Positions 7,445-16,949 of a stretch of 64,000 bases of DNA are shown here, one piece after another; the first letter of the stretch is position 1, and the number at the start of each line of letters is the position of its first letter. The notes under the pieces are model-generated. The model was not told the origin of the DNA. It made no database searches and was given only the letters and a program-made list of their open reading frames with translations. Source of the DNA: an uncultured Gammaproteobacteria bacterium (GTDB lineage Bacteria; Patescibacteriota; Microgenomatia; Daviesbacterales; UBA10151). The translations under genes and the position numbers were made by a program. The stretch is taken from assembly GCA_964394855.1 (NCBI GenBank), contig CAYMZD010000003.1, positions 22,607-86,606 of the forward strand, written 5' to 3'.

Positions 7445-10337
7445 CTTTTAGCTTTTTATTTTTTACAATAGAAACAGAGGTTGTAGATTTTAATATTTGT
7501 TGCTCAAACTCCTTTGGCCAAGCAGGAGCTGCAATTTTGGTCTTATCAATCAAGGTAAGATTTTGTTCTTTTCTAAGTTGCTGTATCTGTCGTATCAGCT
7601 CTCGTGTCTCTCCCTCATCTTTAAGGGATTGAGTAATCTTTATATCCAAGCTAATAACAGGTTCTTTTGATGGAGACTTTTGGTACTCAACTTTTTTAAC
7701 ATTTACTTCATCTGCCAGAATCTGCTCCAGCTTTGGATCTAGTTTTTCATTCCATTTATATGTCAATAATCCCAGTGGCTGTCTTAACTTTATTCCGACT
7801 TCCTTTCTTTTGGCATGGACTGCTTCTGTAATCTTCCTTACCAGAATCATATCTTTGACTAGTTCTTCATTAAGTAGTGATTTACCCCCTTGGGGATAAT
7901 CTTGTAGATGTACTGATTCATCTCCAGTGAGATTTTTATACACTTCTTCGGCAATAAATGGGGTTAATGGAGCCAAAAGCAAACTTGTGGTAACCAATAC
8001 TTCATACATCACCGATAAACAAGTATTTTTATCCTCTTCCTCGGCTTCCGGTCCAACCCTGTCCCTCGATCTTCTAATATACCAAGTTGAAAAATCATTG
8101 ACCACAAAATCTTCCATTGCTCGAGAAGCAGTTGCAGCGTCATATTTTTCCAAGCTTTCATTAACTAGAATAATCAGCGCATTCAATTTAGCCAAAATCC
8201 ATTCATCCAATACAGTCAAACCACTGCCACTTTTTTCACCTTCCCATTTTGCCAAATTAGCATAATCTACAAAAAACTTATAGCAGTTCCAGAAAATTAG
8301 AACAAATCTTTTTCTGACATCATCGATTAGGTTATAACCGAAACGCAAATCTACCCCCGGATTTGCAGAAAGGTAAATCCACCTCATGGCATCAGATCCT
8401 ACTCTATCAAAAGCTTCATCAAGTGAAACAGCATTACCTTTTGAACCATGCATTTCCTCCCCTTTTTCATCCACAACCTTGCCGTGCCCGAATATTCTTT
8501 TAACCGGAACTTCCTCCTCTAGAATTGAACTCATAGCAATCATGGCATAAAACCAAAGTCTTGTTTGTTCATACATCTCTACAGAAAAATCAGGAGGAAA
8601 CCACTCACTCCAATATTTCTTATCTCTATTATAGCTTGGTACTTCACCAGCTTTCGGAGTAATTGTTGAGTAAGGGACAATCCCGGCATCTAACCACGGA
8701 TTACCTACATCAGGTACTCTAATAGCTAAAGAGCCACACTTAGAACATTTTAATTTAATCTGATCAACCCACGGTCTGTGGGGAGAGTGGCCTTCAAATT
8801 CCTCCCAACCTTCTATGGCTTTTTCCTTTAATTCATCAAATCCTCCTACTACCTCAAAGTTGTCACACTTTTCACATTCCCAAATAGGTAAAGCTAATCC
8901 CCAATATCTTTTTTTGGATATCAGCCAGTCGTGTAGATTTTCTAACCAATCGAGTTCCCTCTTTTCTACAAACTTGGGCTGCCATTCCATTTTTCGGGCA
9001 ATCTTGATCATTTTCTGTCTGAAAGTCTCCTTATCTTTAGGATCTTCTTTATCTACAGCAATGTACCATTCATCCACCAATCTCCAAACAAGTTCTGTCT
9101 TGCACCTCCAACAGGCTGGGTATTTATGAGCAAATTTGACAATATCAAATAAAAATTTACCATCCTCGAATTTCCCCAAATAGTTAAAGATTAACTGCGG
9201 TTCATCTTTGGCGTTTTTACCGGAAAATTCTCCTAAATCACTCAAATACTTTGCTTCTTCATCTATCAGCTCTATAACCGGCAGATTTCTTTCCTTACCC
9301 AATGCAAAATCTTCTGTTCCTGCGCCTGGTGCAATATGAACTAATCCTGTTCCTTCCTCTTCAGAAATTGGCAAAATGACAGGATCGGTTGCCACTATTT
9401 GATGTTTAATATTCCCCATAGATTTTTGTACTCTAGGTAGATTATCAAAAGGTGTCTCGTACTCCAGGCCGACAAGTTCTCTACCCTTAATCACTTTTTC
9501 TATCTTAAGACTCAATTTTTTAGCAGAAACCCTACCTAAATAATACCTATTTCCCGCCACTTGACCAGTTACCAGAGCATATTCTAAATTGGGATCTAAG
9601 GCTACAGCTACATTTCCCGGCAAAGTCCATGGGGTAGTTGTCCAAACTAGGAGATATTCATTTTTTCTTCCAACAATTGGGTATTCAATATAAATAGACT
9701 CATGAATTAGTTCTTTGTAATCCTCAGCTGACATTTCATGTTGAGAAATGGCAGTTCCACAACGAGGACACCATGGTACACTGTCGTGGCCTTTATATAA
9801 CCAACCTCGCTGATTAGTATTTTTCAGAAAATTCCAGATCATATAATTATTCTGATCAGAACCTGTATGATAAGAATTATCCCAGTCCATAAATTGTCCC
9901 AACCTTTTTGATTGTTCGGTAATTACATCCCCATATTTTTGAACTCTTTCCTTGCAAAGATTAATGAACTTTTCTAGAGAAGCTAGCTTATCACCTGGAA
10001 CAATATTTTCTATATCCCTTTTATTTTTAAGTCCAAGGGTTTTTTCAACCTCTACTTCTACCCATAACCCTTGTTCGTCATAACCATTTTGAAATCTCTG
10101 TTTATAACCTTTCATGTTATAAAACCTTTGCCACATATCCTTGTAAGTTCTTCCCCAAGCATGGTGTACACCTAAAGGATTATTCGCGGTCTTGGGTCCG
10201 TCAAGAAAAGAAAACTTTTTGCTGGAAGAATTATTTCTATGAAGATATTTTTTTAATATTTTTTGTTTTTCCCAATAATCTAAGAGTTCTCTCTCCAGCC
10301 CTGGAAAATCAACTTTTGCTGAAACTGGTTTGAACAT
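7431..10337 (-). CDS. ileS: Isoleucyl-tRNA synthetase, type 2 (archaeal/eukaryote-like)
   Basis: 968 aa. The start MFKPVSAKVDFPGLERELLDYWEKQKIL is the type-2 IleS signature. HIGH region PKTANNPLGVHHAWGRT, KMSKS-like EMHGSKGN, CP1 editing domain and Zn-finger CxxC pairs are all visible. Confidence 0.9.
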   Translation of the reverse strand: MFKPVSAKVDFPGLERELLDYWEKQKILKKYLHRNNSSSKKFSFLDGPKTANNPLGVHHAWGRTYKDMWQRFYNMKGYKQRFQNGYDEQGLWVEVEVEKTLGLKNKRDIENIVPGDKLASLEKFINLCKERVQKYGDVITEQSKRLGQFMDWDNSYHTGSDQNNYMIWNFLKNTNQRGWLYKGHDSVPWCPRCGTAISQHEMSAEDYKELIHESIYIEYPIVGRKNEYLLVWTTTPWTLPGNVAVALDPNLEYALVTGQVAGNRYYLGRVSAKKLSLKIEKVIKGRELVGLEYETPFDNLPRVQKSMGNIKHQIVATDPVILPISEEEGTGLVHIAPGAGTEDFALGKERNLPVIELIDEEAKYLSDLGEFSGKNAKDEPQLIFNYLGKFEDGKFLFDIVKFAHKYPACWRCKTELVWRLVDEWYIAVDKEDPKDKETFRQKMIKIARKMEWQPKFVEKRELDWLENLHDWLISKKRYWGLALPIWECEKCDNFEVVGGFDELKEKAIEGWEEFEGHSPHRPWVDQIKLKCSKCGSLAIRVPDVGNPWLDAGIVPYSTITPKAGEVPSYNRDKKYWSEWFPPDFSVEMYEQTRLWFYAMIAMSSILEEEVPVKRIFGHGKVVDEKGEEMHGSKGNAVSLDEAFDRVGSDAMRWIYLSANPGVDLRFGYNLIDDVRKRFVLIFWNCYKFFVDYANLAKWEGEKSGSGLTVLDEWILAKLNALIILVNESLEKYDAATASRAMEDFVVNDFSTWYIRRSRDRVGPEAEEEDKNTCLSVMYEVLVTTSLLLAPLTPFIAEEVYKNLTGDESVHLQDYPQGGKSLLNEELVKDMILVRKITEAVHAKRKEVGIKLRQPLGLLTYKWNEKLDPKLEQILADEVNVKKVEYQKSPSKEPVISLDIKITQSLKDEGETRELIRQIQQLRKEQNLTLIDKTKIAAPAWPKEFEQQILKSTTSVSIVKNKKLKVAKI

Positions 10338-10372
10338 AATGAGAATATTTTAACAGAATATTTTTTCTCTAG

Positions 10373-11512
10373 CTAGCGGTCACGCAAAAAGGCGGGGATT
10401 TCCAATTTATCAGCCTCTGAAAGTTCTTCCTCTCCTTTTACCTCCAACTGTTCTGAAGGAGGTTCTTCTTCCTTTTTAGTATCGTCCCAATCTTGTGGCT
10501 GCTGTGTCAAAGATGCCGAACCCATGCCCGCTCCTACATATTCCCGCAACCTTCTTCTTGATTCATCAAAACCAGTGGCAATAACAGATATCTTGACCTG
10601 ATCCAACTGATCATCTTTGATAGTGGCCCCAAAGATAATGTTAGCATCAGGATCAGCAGCTTGAGCTATAATTTGAGCAGCATCATTAACTTCGTTCATA
10701 CCCAAATCTGGACCACCCACAATATTAAAAAGTACACCTTTTGCTCCCTCAATTGAAACCTCAAGGAGCGGAGAAGCAATTGCCATACGAGCGGCAGCGG
10801 CCGCTCTATTTTCTCCACCGGCCACTCCAATACCCATTAAAGCTGAACCGGCATTATTCATAATCGTTTTCACATCAGCAAAATCGACATTGATTAAACC
10901 GGGCATGGTTATCAGATCAGAAATGCCCTGTACCCCTTGACCCAAAACAGAGTCAGCCAATTTAAAAGCCTCCTGAAGCGTCATATTTTTATCAACTACT
11001 TCTAGCAGTCTTTGGTTGGGAATAACAATCAAGGCATCAACCTTGTCTTTTAATTTCTCTATTCCCTCTTCAGCCACTATTAATCTTCTGGTGCCCTCAA
11101 AAGAAAAAGGCTTGGTGACAACAGCTACTGTTAGAGCTCCTATACTTTGGGAGATTTGGGCCAAAGTAGGTGCTGCTCCAGTACCAGTTCCACCACCCAT
11201 GCCGGCTGTGATAAACACCATATCTGCATCCTGTAGAACATCTTGCAGTTTTTGCATTGATTCTGCAGCTGCTTCCTCACCAATACTAGGATCACCACCA
11301 GAACCAAGTCCTCTAGTTAAACTTTCACCAATTTGTACCTTAGTGGGACTTTGATTTGTTAGCAATGCTTGAGCGTCTGTATTAACTGCCACAAATTCCA
11401 CACTTTGCATTTGCTGAACGGAGATCATTGAAGAAAGAGTATTCCCACCGCCACCCCCTAACCCCACTACCTTTATCTTGGCAAATCTTTGAACATCAGG
11501 TTTTATAAGCAT
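10373..11512 (-). CDS. ftsZ: Cell division GTPase FtsZ
   Basis: Tubulin signature GGGTGTGAAP, N-terminal KVVGLGGGGGN, and a C-terminal acidic/conserved peptide. Confidence 0.95.
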   Translation of the reverse strand: MLIKPDVQRFAKIKVVGLGGGGGNTLSSMISVQQMQSVEFVAVNTDAQALLTNQSPTKVQIGESLTRGLGSGGDPSIGEEAAAESMQKLQDVLQDADMVFITAGMGGGTGTGAAPTLAQISQSIGALTVAVVTKPFSFEGTRRLIVAEEGIEKLKDKVDALIVIPNQRLLEVVDKNMTLQEAFKLADSVLGQGVQGISDLITMPGLINVDFADVKTIMNNAGSALMGIGVAGGENRAAAAARMAIASPLLEVSIEGAKGVLFNIVGGPDLGMNEVNDAAQIIAQAADPDANIIFGATIKDDQLDQVKISVIATGFDESRRRLREYVGAGMGSASLTQQPQDWDDTKKEEEPPSEQLEVKGEEELSEADKLEIPAFLRDR

Positions 11513-11524
11513 AAATTTTTCCTA
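11502..11524. repeat. Direct repeat copy A (23 nt, tttataagcataaatttttccta), containing the ftsZ RBS and start codon
   Basis: An identical 23-mer recurs at 11573-11595. On the minus strand it reads TAGGAAAAATTTATGCTTATAAA, where the ATG is the ftsZ start. Confidence 0.8.
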
Positions 11525-11526
11525 AA

Positions 11527-11553
11527 TTTAAGCTTGAAAACTCTGTTTTTCAA
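11527..11553 (-). promoter_or_regulatory. Hairpin (9-bp stem GCTTGAAAA/TTTTCAAGC, 6-nt loop) between ftsA and ftsZ
   Basis: A perfect inverted repeat read directly. It is AT-rich and therefore weak. It could be a partial terminator or attenuator after ftsA, or an element modulating ftsZ translation. Confidence 0.3.
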
Positions 11554-11572
11554 GCGGTGCTTTCAAACTTCG

Positions 11573-11595
11573 TTTATAAGCATAAATTTTTCCTA
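11573..11595. repeat. Direct repeat copy B, which on the minus strand creates a 6-codon mini-ORF (MLINEV-stop) with the same RBS as ftsZ
   Basis: Exact 23/23 match to copy A, 71 nt upstream of the ftsZ start codon. On the minus strand it reads ATG CTT ATA AAC GAA GTT TGA. Confidence 0.8.
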
Positions 11596-11659
11596 TCCCA
11601 TACTCTGGACGATTCTATCATACATTTACTGTTTACTCAAGACGCAATCTTTTCTTTAG

Positions 11660-12940
11660 TTAAGGAAGCAGTGACTTAACCCAATCAATACCTTTTTGTA
11701 TCACGGATTTTAAAGGCAGACTTCTTACTAACATTGGTATTTTTAACTCTTTCCCTGAAGCTCCGCTGCTACCATAAAGAATCAAACCTGCTGCTGTAGC
11801 AAAACTAGGGGAATCAATCTCATCAACCAATCCAGATAATCCTACTGCATTGCCTATTCTAGCAGGAAAACCAATCACATATTTTGCTTGATCTAACAAA
11901 CCGACAGTCAGAGCACCCCCTCCGCAAATTACCAACCCAGAAGGGATCTGTGCCCCAAATCCACTTTTTTTAATCTCCTTTAAAACAAACTTAAATATTT
12001 CTTGCAACCTTGGTCTAATAACACCTTCAACAGCAGCTTTGGTAGAAATTTTTTGAATATCTTCAATGATACCAAGAGCTTTGACTTCAATGATATTTTC
12101 TTCCTTTTTCTTTTGGGAATCAGACTCCTCACTTAAAACCGCACTTTTAATCTGTTTACTAAGGTGTACTTTTATTTTTTCTGCTGATTCCAAGGACACT
12201 CGGAGCCCTACTGCCAAATCAGAAGTGACATGCCTAGCTCCTATGGGTATCACCGCAGAGTAGGCCACTGAACCATCAACATATATCACCACATCTGTTG
12301 TTTCCCCACCAATATCTACTAACACCACCCCCAACTCTTTTTCCGTATCAGTCAAAACAGCCAGAGACGAAGCCACCCCAGCAGACACTAGTTCAGTTAC
12401 ATCTATACCAACTTCAGAAACCACTTTTACTAAATTCCTCATGGCAGTACTGGAACCAGTAATTATATGTGTATCTGTTTCCAGTCTCACGCCCGTCATA
12501 CCAATTGGATCTCGGATACCTTCTTGACCATCAACAGTAAAAGTGCGCGGGATAACATGTAATATTTCTCGAGAAGAAGGCAGCGGTAATGCTCTGGCAG
12601 CCTCATTCACCCTTAAAACATCACTTTCTTTTATCTCTCCCTCTGGTTCAGAAACCGCCACCACCGCATGTTGATTAATGCTTTCAATTTGCGGGCCTCC
12701 CAGTGACACAAAAGCGGAAGAGATCGAATACCCCGCCATTCTTTCAGCAGCTTCAACAGATTCTGTGATTGCTTCAACAACCTCTTCAATATCAACCACC
12801 TGGCCCTTCCTAACTCCCTTGGAGGAAGTGGCAGAAACACCAATAAGATTTATTTTGCCATCTTCTTCAATATTGGCTATGAGAGTGGCTATCTTAGATG
12901 AACCTACATCTATTCCACAAACTACTTTATCCCTGGCCAC
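11660..12940 (-). CDS. ftsA: Cell division protein FtsA (actin-like ATPase)
   Basis: N-terminal GIDVGSSKIATLIA (phosphate-1), the actin-fold motifs DIGGETTD and GGGA, and a C-terminal amphipathic tail. Confidence 0.9.
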   Translation of the reverse strand: MARDKVVCGIDVGSSKIATLIANIEEDGKINLIGVSATSSKGVRKGQVVDIEEVVEAITESVEAAERMAGYSISSAFVSLGGPQIESINQHAVVAVSEPEGEIKESDVLRVNEAARALPLPSSREILHVIPRTFTVDGQEGIRDPIGMTGVRLETDTHIITGSSTAMRNLVKVVSEVGIDVTELVSAGVASSLAVLTDTEKELGVVLVDIGGETTDVVIYVDGSVAYSAVIPIGARHVTSDLAVGLRVSLESAEKIKVHLSKQIKSAVLSEESDSQKKKEENIIEVKALGIIEDIQKISTKAAVEGVIRPRLQEIFKFVLKEIKKSGFGAQIPSGLVICGGGALTVGLLDQAKYVIGFPARIGNAVGLSGLVDEIDSPSFATAAGLILYGSSGASGKELKIPMLVRSLPLKSVIQKGIDWVKSLLP

Positions 12941-12968
12941 TTATCTTAAACCCTCCTTTTTTGTAAAT

Positions 12969-13718
12969 TTATTTAGCAACATATTTAATAATAGGTCTGC
13001 TGTAGCGCAGATCTATAAACTCCACTTCTTCTTTTATTTTAGCTTCTGTAAGGATCAGTTGTAAAGATGCCAGTTGAAAATCCGGGGACGCTTCGAGAGA
13101 AAAGTATATTTTGGGGTTTGCATCAATAAATAGCATCGTTTGTGAGTAAATTTTGGCTTCTTTAATTTCCATACCCATCCTTTTCAGCTTATTTAAAATA
13201 TTGATGGCGTTTTTCACAACCCCTTCATCTAATTTAGACCCTAAAGTTAAATCCTGTGCTGTCAAGTAAATTTTTGGCACACTGATATTTGGTAAATTTT
13301 TAGAAAAAATAATGCCATCCTCGTCAACCACCAAACCGGCTGCAGAAGAGCTCTCCTCTGATTTTGAGATGATTAGTAGAGCCTGGGGAGTGCGAGTATT
13401 TGCATCAATAATTAAACCATTGGGAGGTTTTCTAGAAAGTTTCACCTCCTTTAAACATAAAAACTTTTGCCTAAGATTACTTCTCATGGCTCCTATATCA
13501 ACAAAGAAAATGTTTTTACCTGCAGCCTCTGATATTTTTTTTATATCCTCCTCACTCGTACAATCTTTTTTATCCAAATTTACCTGAATATTTTTAATTT
13601 CAAAAAATTTTGAATCGAAGAATAAATAACCATCAATAATTAAAAATAAAATTACTAGAGAGAGGCTTAATCTCCATAAATTGGAAAGCAGCTGATTGCT
13701 TTTTCTTTTTTTCACCAT
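12969..13718 (-). CDS. ftsQ: FtsQ/DivIB-like cell division protein (single N-terminal TM plus POTRA-like domain)
   Basis: Supported by position between murG and ftsA, a single TM (LSLSLVILFLIIDGYLFF), and its size. Sequence similarity is weak, so the call rests mostly on synteny. Confidence 0.55.
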   Translation of the reverse strand: MVKKRKSNQLLSNLWRLSLSLVILFLIIDGYLFFDSKFFEIKNIQVNLDKKDCTSEEDIKKISEAAGKNIFFVDIGAMRSNLRQKFLCLKEVKLSRKPPNGLIIDANTRTPQALLIISKSEESSSAAGLVVDEDGIIFSKNLPNISVPKIYLTAQDLTLGSKLDEGVVKNAINILNKLKRMGMEIKEAKIYSQTMLFIDANPKIYFSLEASPDFQLASLQLILTEAKIKEEVEFIDLRYSRPIIKYVAK

Positions 13719-13745
13719 AGCTTAATTATATAATATGTCTTATGG

Positions 13746-14828
13746 CTAAAAGGTGTGGTCTTTTAAGATGATGGTCTCCAGGGCCAGTCTTTTGGCAGCA
13801 TCAGGGATAATCAACTTTTTGGCCGCTTTAGCAGCCGATTTATATTGATCTAAATTTTTAATCATGTCTTGGATATTTTTATAAAGTGTCTCCGGAGAAA
13901 GTTTGGATTGAGGCAAAACTTTGACCATACCAATCGCTTTAAAAAAAAGAGCATTTTTTTGTTGTTCATCTTGATAAAGATAAGGTACTGGTATTAAAAG
14001 TGCTGGTTTCTCCAGAAAGGCTAGTTCAGTCAGAGTGTTAATACCAGCTCTAGATACCACTAAATCAGATTGAACCATTACTTGACCCATCTCTTCAATA
14101 AATTTTTTTACTTCATACTTATCACAGGATCTGGCTTTTAATCTTTCAAAATCCTTAAATTTTGAATCTCCAGTTAGATGAATAATTGTGGCGATTTTGG
14201 TCAGCTTCTCCAGGCTTTCTTCAACTGCCAAATTAATCACATGGGAGCCCTGATTACCACCGGTAATTAAAATACGGGGCAACCCCCCTTTCTCTCGCAT
14301 CATGCTCGCAGCCTGTTTGATCTCACCTCGTATCGGATTACCAGTCAACACTACTTTCTCCTTGCCAAAAGATTTATTTTCACTAAATGCAATAGCTACC
14401 TTATCCGCAAAAAAACTACTTATTTTATTGGCCAACCCCGACACCAAAGTTTGATCGTGAATGATAATAGGGATGGAAAAAAACCAACTCACCACTACTA
14501 TTGGTACTGCCACATAGCCTCCGAAAGATAACACCACATCGGGTTTCTCCTGTAAAATTATCCACCAAGCTTGAACCAAACCAATGGGAATTTTAAGAAG
14601 TGCGGGGATAGTATAGATGGTGAACGTTCTCTGCAGTCTACCTGCTATAATGGGGATAAACTTTACCCCCAGTTTTGGTAAAACCTGTGATTCAACAGAT
14701 TGACTAGGGTCACCTTCACGGGTAGTTTTTCTCCCCACATAGATAATTTGTAGATTTTTATACTTCTTGAGCTCTTCAATAACTGCCAAAGCAGTAGTAA
14801 AATGAGCTCCTGTCATTAGTATTTTCAT
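13746..14828 (-). CDS. murG: Undecaprenyldiphospho-muramoylpentapeptide beta-N-acetylglucosaminyltransferase MurG
   Basis: Start MKILMTGAHFTTALAV (G-loop). C-terminal GGNQGSHVIN matches the MurG GGSQGA motif region. GT28 architecture. Start chosen at M13 of the track ORF. Confidence 0.85.
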   Translation of the reverse strand: MKILMTGAHFTTALAVIEELKKYKNLQIIYVGRKTTREGDPSQSVESQVLPKLGVKFIPIIAGRLQRTFTIYTIPALLKIPIGLVQAWWIILQEKPDVVLSFGGYVAVPIVVVSWFFSIPIIIHDQTLVSGLANKISSFFADKVAIAFSENKSFGKEKVVLTGNPIRGEIKQAASMMREKGGLPRILITGGNQGSHVINLAVEESLEKLTKIATIIHLTGDSKFKDFERLKARSCDKYEVKKFIEEMGQVMVQSDLVVSRAGINTLTELAFLEKPALLIPVPYLYQDEQQKNALFFKAIGMVKVLPQSKLSPETLYKNIQDMIKNLDQYKSAAKAAKKLIIPDAAKRLALETIILKDHTF

Positions 14829-14829
14829 C

Positions 14830-15921
14830 TTATGTTTGTTTCGAGATGTTAAATAATATCCCAATTGCAGCCAAATTTACCACCAGAGCAGAACCACCAT
14901 AGGAGATAAATGGTAGGGGAACACCTGTCAAGGGTAAGAGGGAGGAGATAGCCCCCAGATTAACTATGGCCTGTATCCCCAGCCACAGAGTTAATCCCGA
15001 AGCTAAAATTTTACCAAATTGATCAGTGGTCTTGTCTGCTATTTTAAAACCTCTAATGACAAGAGCAATAAAAAGAGCAATTAAGAGCATAGAACCTAAA
15101 AATCCCAGCTCTTCTCCAATTACAGCAAAAATCGAATCAGTTGTGACTTCGGGAAGATAATATTTTTGTCTAGACTGTCCCAATCCCAGTCCAAAAAGTC
15201 CACCTGTACCAAGGGCAATTAAAATCTGTGAAATATGGTAGGAAAATCCTTGTGGATCTGAAAAAGGGTCTAAAAAAGCCAAGACTCTTTTTCTGCGATA
15301 TTCTGAAAAAATTACCAGTAATAAAAAAGCTGCCACAGCTACTGGCAAGCTTAAAACTATCCTCCATAGTGATCCTCCTGCAATAATATATAAGCCCAAT
15401 GAAGTAGCCACAAAGACAGCAGTCGAACCCAAATCTTTTTGCAAAAAGCCCATGATAAATCCGACTATTAAAATCAGTCCCAACAAAGGTTTAAGCCTGG
15501 CTCCTTTATCAAAAATAGCCGAAAGCCAAAGCACAGCTGATAATTTAAAAACCTCTGCTGGTTGAATAGTCAAAAAATTAAGATTCAACCATCTGTGAGC
15601 TCCTCCCGCTGATGTACCTATTCCCGGTATAAAAACCGCCAGAAGAAGCAGTACTGAACCTGCTAATGCCAAAAAAGAAATACTTCTTAATTTATGGTAA
15701 TCAAAATTGGCAAAAAAAATTGCCACCAACACCCCCAAAACCATCCAAATGAGCTGCCATCTAATGTAGTAAAAACTATCACCAAAATCCCGATAAGCTT
15801 GTATAACAGAAGCATCATAAACAGATACCAAACCAAAAATGACCAACATGGAAACTACGAGGATAAGCGGGATATCAAAAGTTCTCTTTTGTGGATTTAG
15901 GTACGTTTTATTGAGCCTCAT
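14830..15921 (-). CDS. ftsW: SEDS-family lipid II flippase/polymerase FtsW
   Basis: Polytopic with C-terminal SEDS motifs. Located between mraY and murG. The ATG at 15921-15919 makes an ATGA overlap with the mraY stop. The track's GTG at 16008 would overlap mraY by 91 nt. Confidence 0.8.
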   Translation of the reverse strand: MRLNKTYLNPQKRTFDIPLILVVSMLVIFGLVSVYDASVIQAYRDFGDSFYYIRWQLIWMVLGVLVAIFFANFDYHKLRSISFLALAGSVLLLLAVFIPGIGTSAGGAHRWLNLNFLTIQPAEVFKLSAVLWLSAIFDKGARLKPLLGLILIVGFIMGFLQKDLGSTAVFVATSLGLYIIAGGSLWRIVLSLPVAVAAFLLLVIFSEYRRKRVLAFLDPFSDPQGFSYHISQILIALGTGGLFGLGLGQSRQKYYLPEVTTDSIFAVIGEELGFLGSMLLIALFIALVIRGFKIADKTTDQFGKILASGLTLWLGIQAIVNLGAISSLLPLTGVPLPFISYGGSALVVNLAAIGILFNISKQT

Positions 15922-16949
15922 CGCGAAAGTAAAGCTAACCAGAGCCCAAAAATAGCAAACATTGCTCCAGCCAACCAAAATCTGGTTACTATTTTTGGTT
16001 CTTCCCACCCGATATATTTAAAATACATATGTATTGGGGCTACAGGGAAAGCTTTTCTCCTCAAAAATCTTTTGGAAATCATCTGGATGGCAGAACTTAA
16101 GACAATTATGACATAAACTCCACCAATAATTGTCAATGCTAAAACTTTACCTGTTAAAAGTCCCACCACGGCCAGTGTAGCCCCAAAGGCTAAAGCACCA
16201 GCGTCTCCCAAATAGATTCTGGCTGGCCACACATTAAAATAAAGATAAGCAAATAAAGCTCCAATCCAGATACCAATAAAACTAGCCAGTGTTAAATTAA
16301 GTGAAGTTGTCGCCAGAGCAAGTAGAGCAAATAGACAAATAACTAAAAGCCCAGTTGATAATCCATCTAAACCATCAGAGATATTATAGGCATTGGAGAA
16401 GGAGACAATGATAAATGCTGCTATCGGAATATACCAAACCCCAATAATAAAATTTCCCAAACCAGATATATAAATATTATTAAGTCCAATCATTCTATAA
16501 AGCATAAATGCCACCAAAAAAGCAAAAATTATCTGCAAGATTAGGATAAACCTTCCTTTTATCCCCGCATATTTTCCACTAAAAGCTGTAAAGATTTTTC
16601 TGATATCATCCATCAGTCCTATGATAGCAAATGAAATAAAAGTGAATAAGATAATAAATAAATAGTCCGGACCGTCTAAACTATTATAACTATAAAAAGA
16701 AGTATTGATGATAGTTAAAATAGTAATAAGTATTATTAGTAGTATTCCTCCTCCCACTGGAGTATCCACGTCTTTCCCAGCTAGCAGCTTATTATGAATA
16801 GGGGTGGTGCTGTCATCATAGCCTTTGGGAATTGGTTTTTTATACTTCCTTCTTAAAATAAAAAGCAAATTAATAAAAGGAACCATAAAAAAACTGGTCA
16901 CCAAAAAAGAAAGCAGAACCAGTCCTAAAAGTTGACTTAATGGATTCAT
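15918..16949 (-). CDS. mraY: Phospho-N-acetylmuramoyl-pentapeptide transferase MraY
   Basis: NAYNISDGLDGL (MraY DGxDGL motif), ten TM helices, and an ATGA overlap with the upstream gene. Confidence 0.9.
   Translation of the reverse strand: MNPLSQLLGLVLLSFLVTSFFMVPFINLLFILRRKYKKPIPKGYDDSTTPIHNKLLAGKDVDTPVGGGILLIILITILTIINTSFYSYNSLDGPDYLFIILFTFISFAIIGLMDDIRKIFTAFSGKYAGIKGRFILILQIIFAFLVAFMLYRMIGLNNIYISGLGNFIIGVWYIPIAAFIIVSFSNAYNISDGLDGLSTGLLVICLFALLALATTSLNLTLASFIGIWIGALFAYLYFNVWPARIYLGDAGALAFGATLAVVGLLTGKVLALTIIGGVYVIIVLSSAIQMISKRFLRRKAFPVAPIHMYFKYIGWEEPKIVTRFWLAGAMFAIFGLWLALLSR

Noticed and set aside
11527-11553. Intrinsic terminator call for the ftsA-ftsZ hairpin
   Set aside because: The stem is AT-rich (3 GC of 9 bp), and the 3' flank on the coding strand (TTAAATTTAGG) is not a clean U-tract. 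It is kept only as a possible regulatory hairpin.
7927-13587. Several 60-130-codon antisense ORFs in the track (7927-8265, 8815-9129, 11016-11354, 12678-13064, 13312-13587)
   Set aside because: All lie wholly inside strongly supported genes (ileS, ftsZ, ftsA, ftsQ) on the opposite strand. Their translations are low-complexity (S/L/P-rich).
15922-16008. Longer FtsW start (GTG at 16008)
   Set aside because: It would overlap mraY by 91 nt. The internal ATG at 15921 forms a textbook ATGA overlap with the mraY stop and gives a typical FtsW N-terminus.
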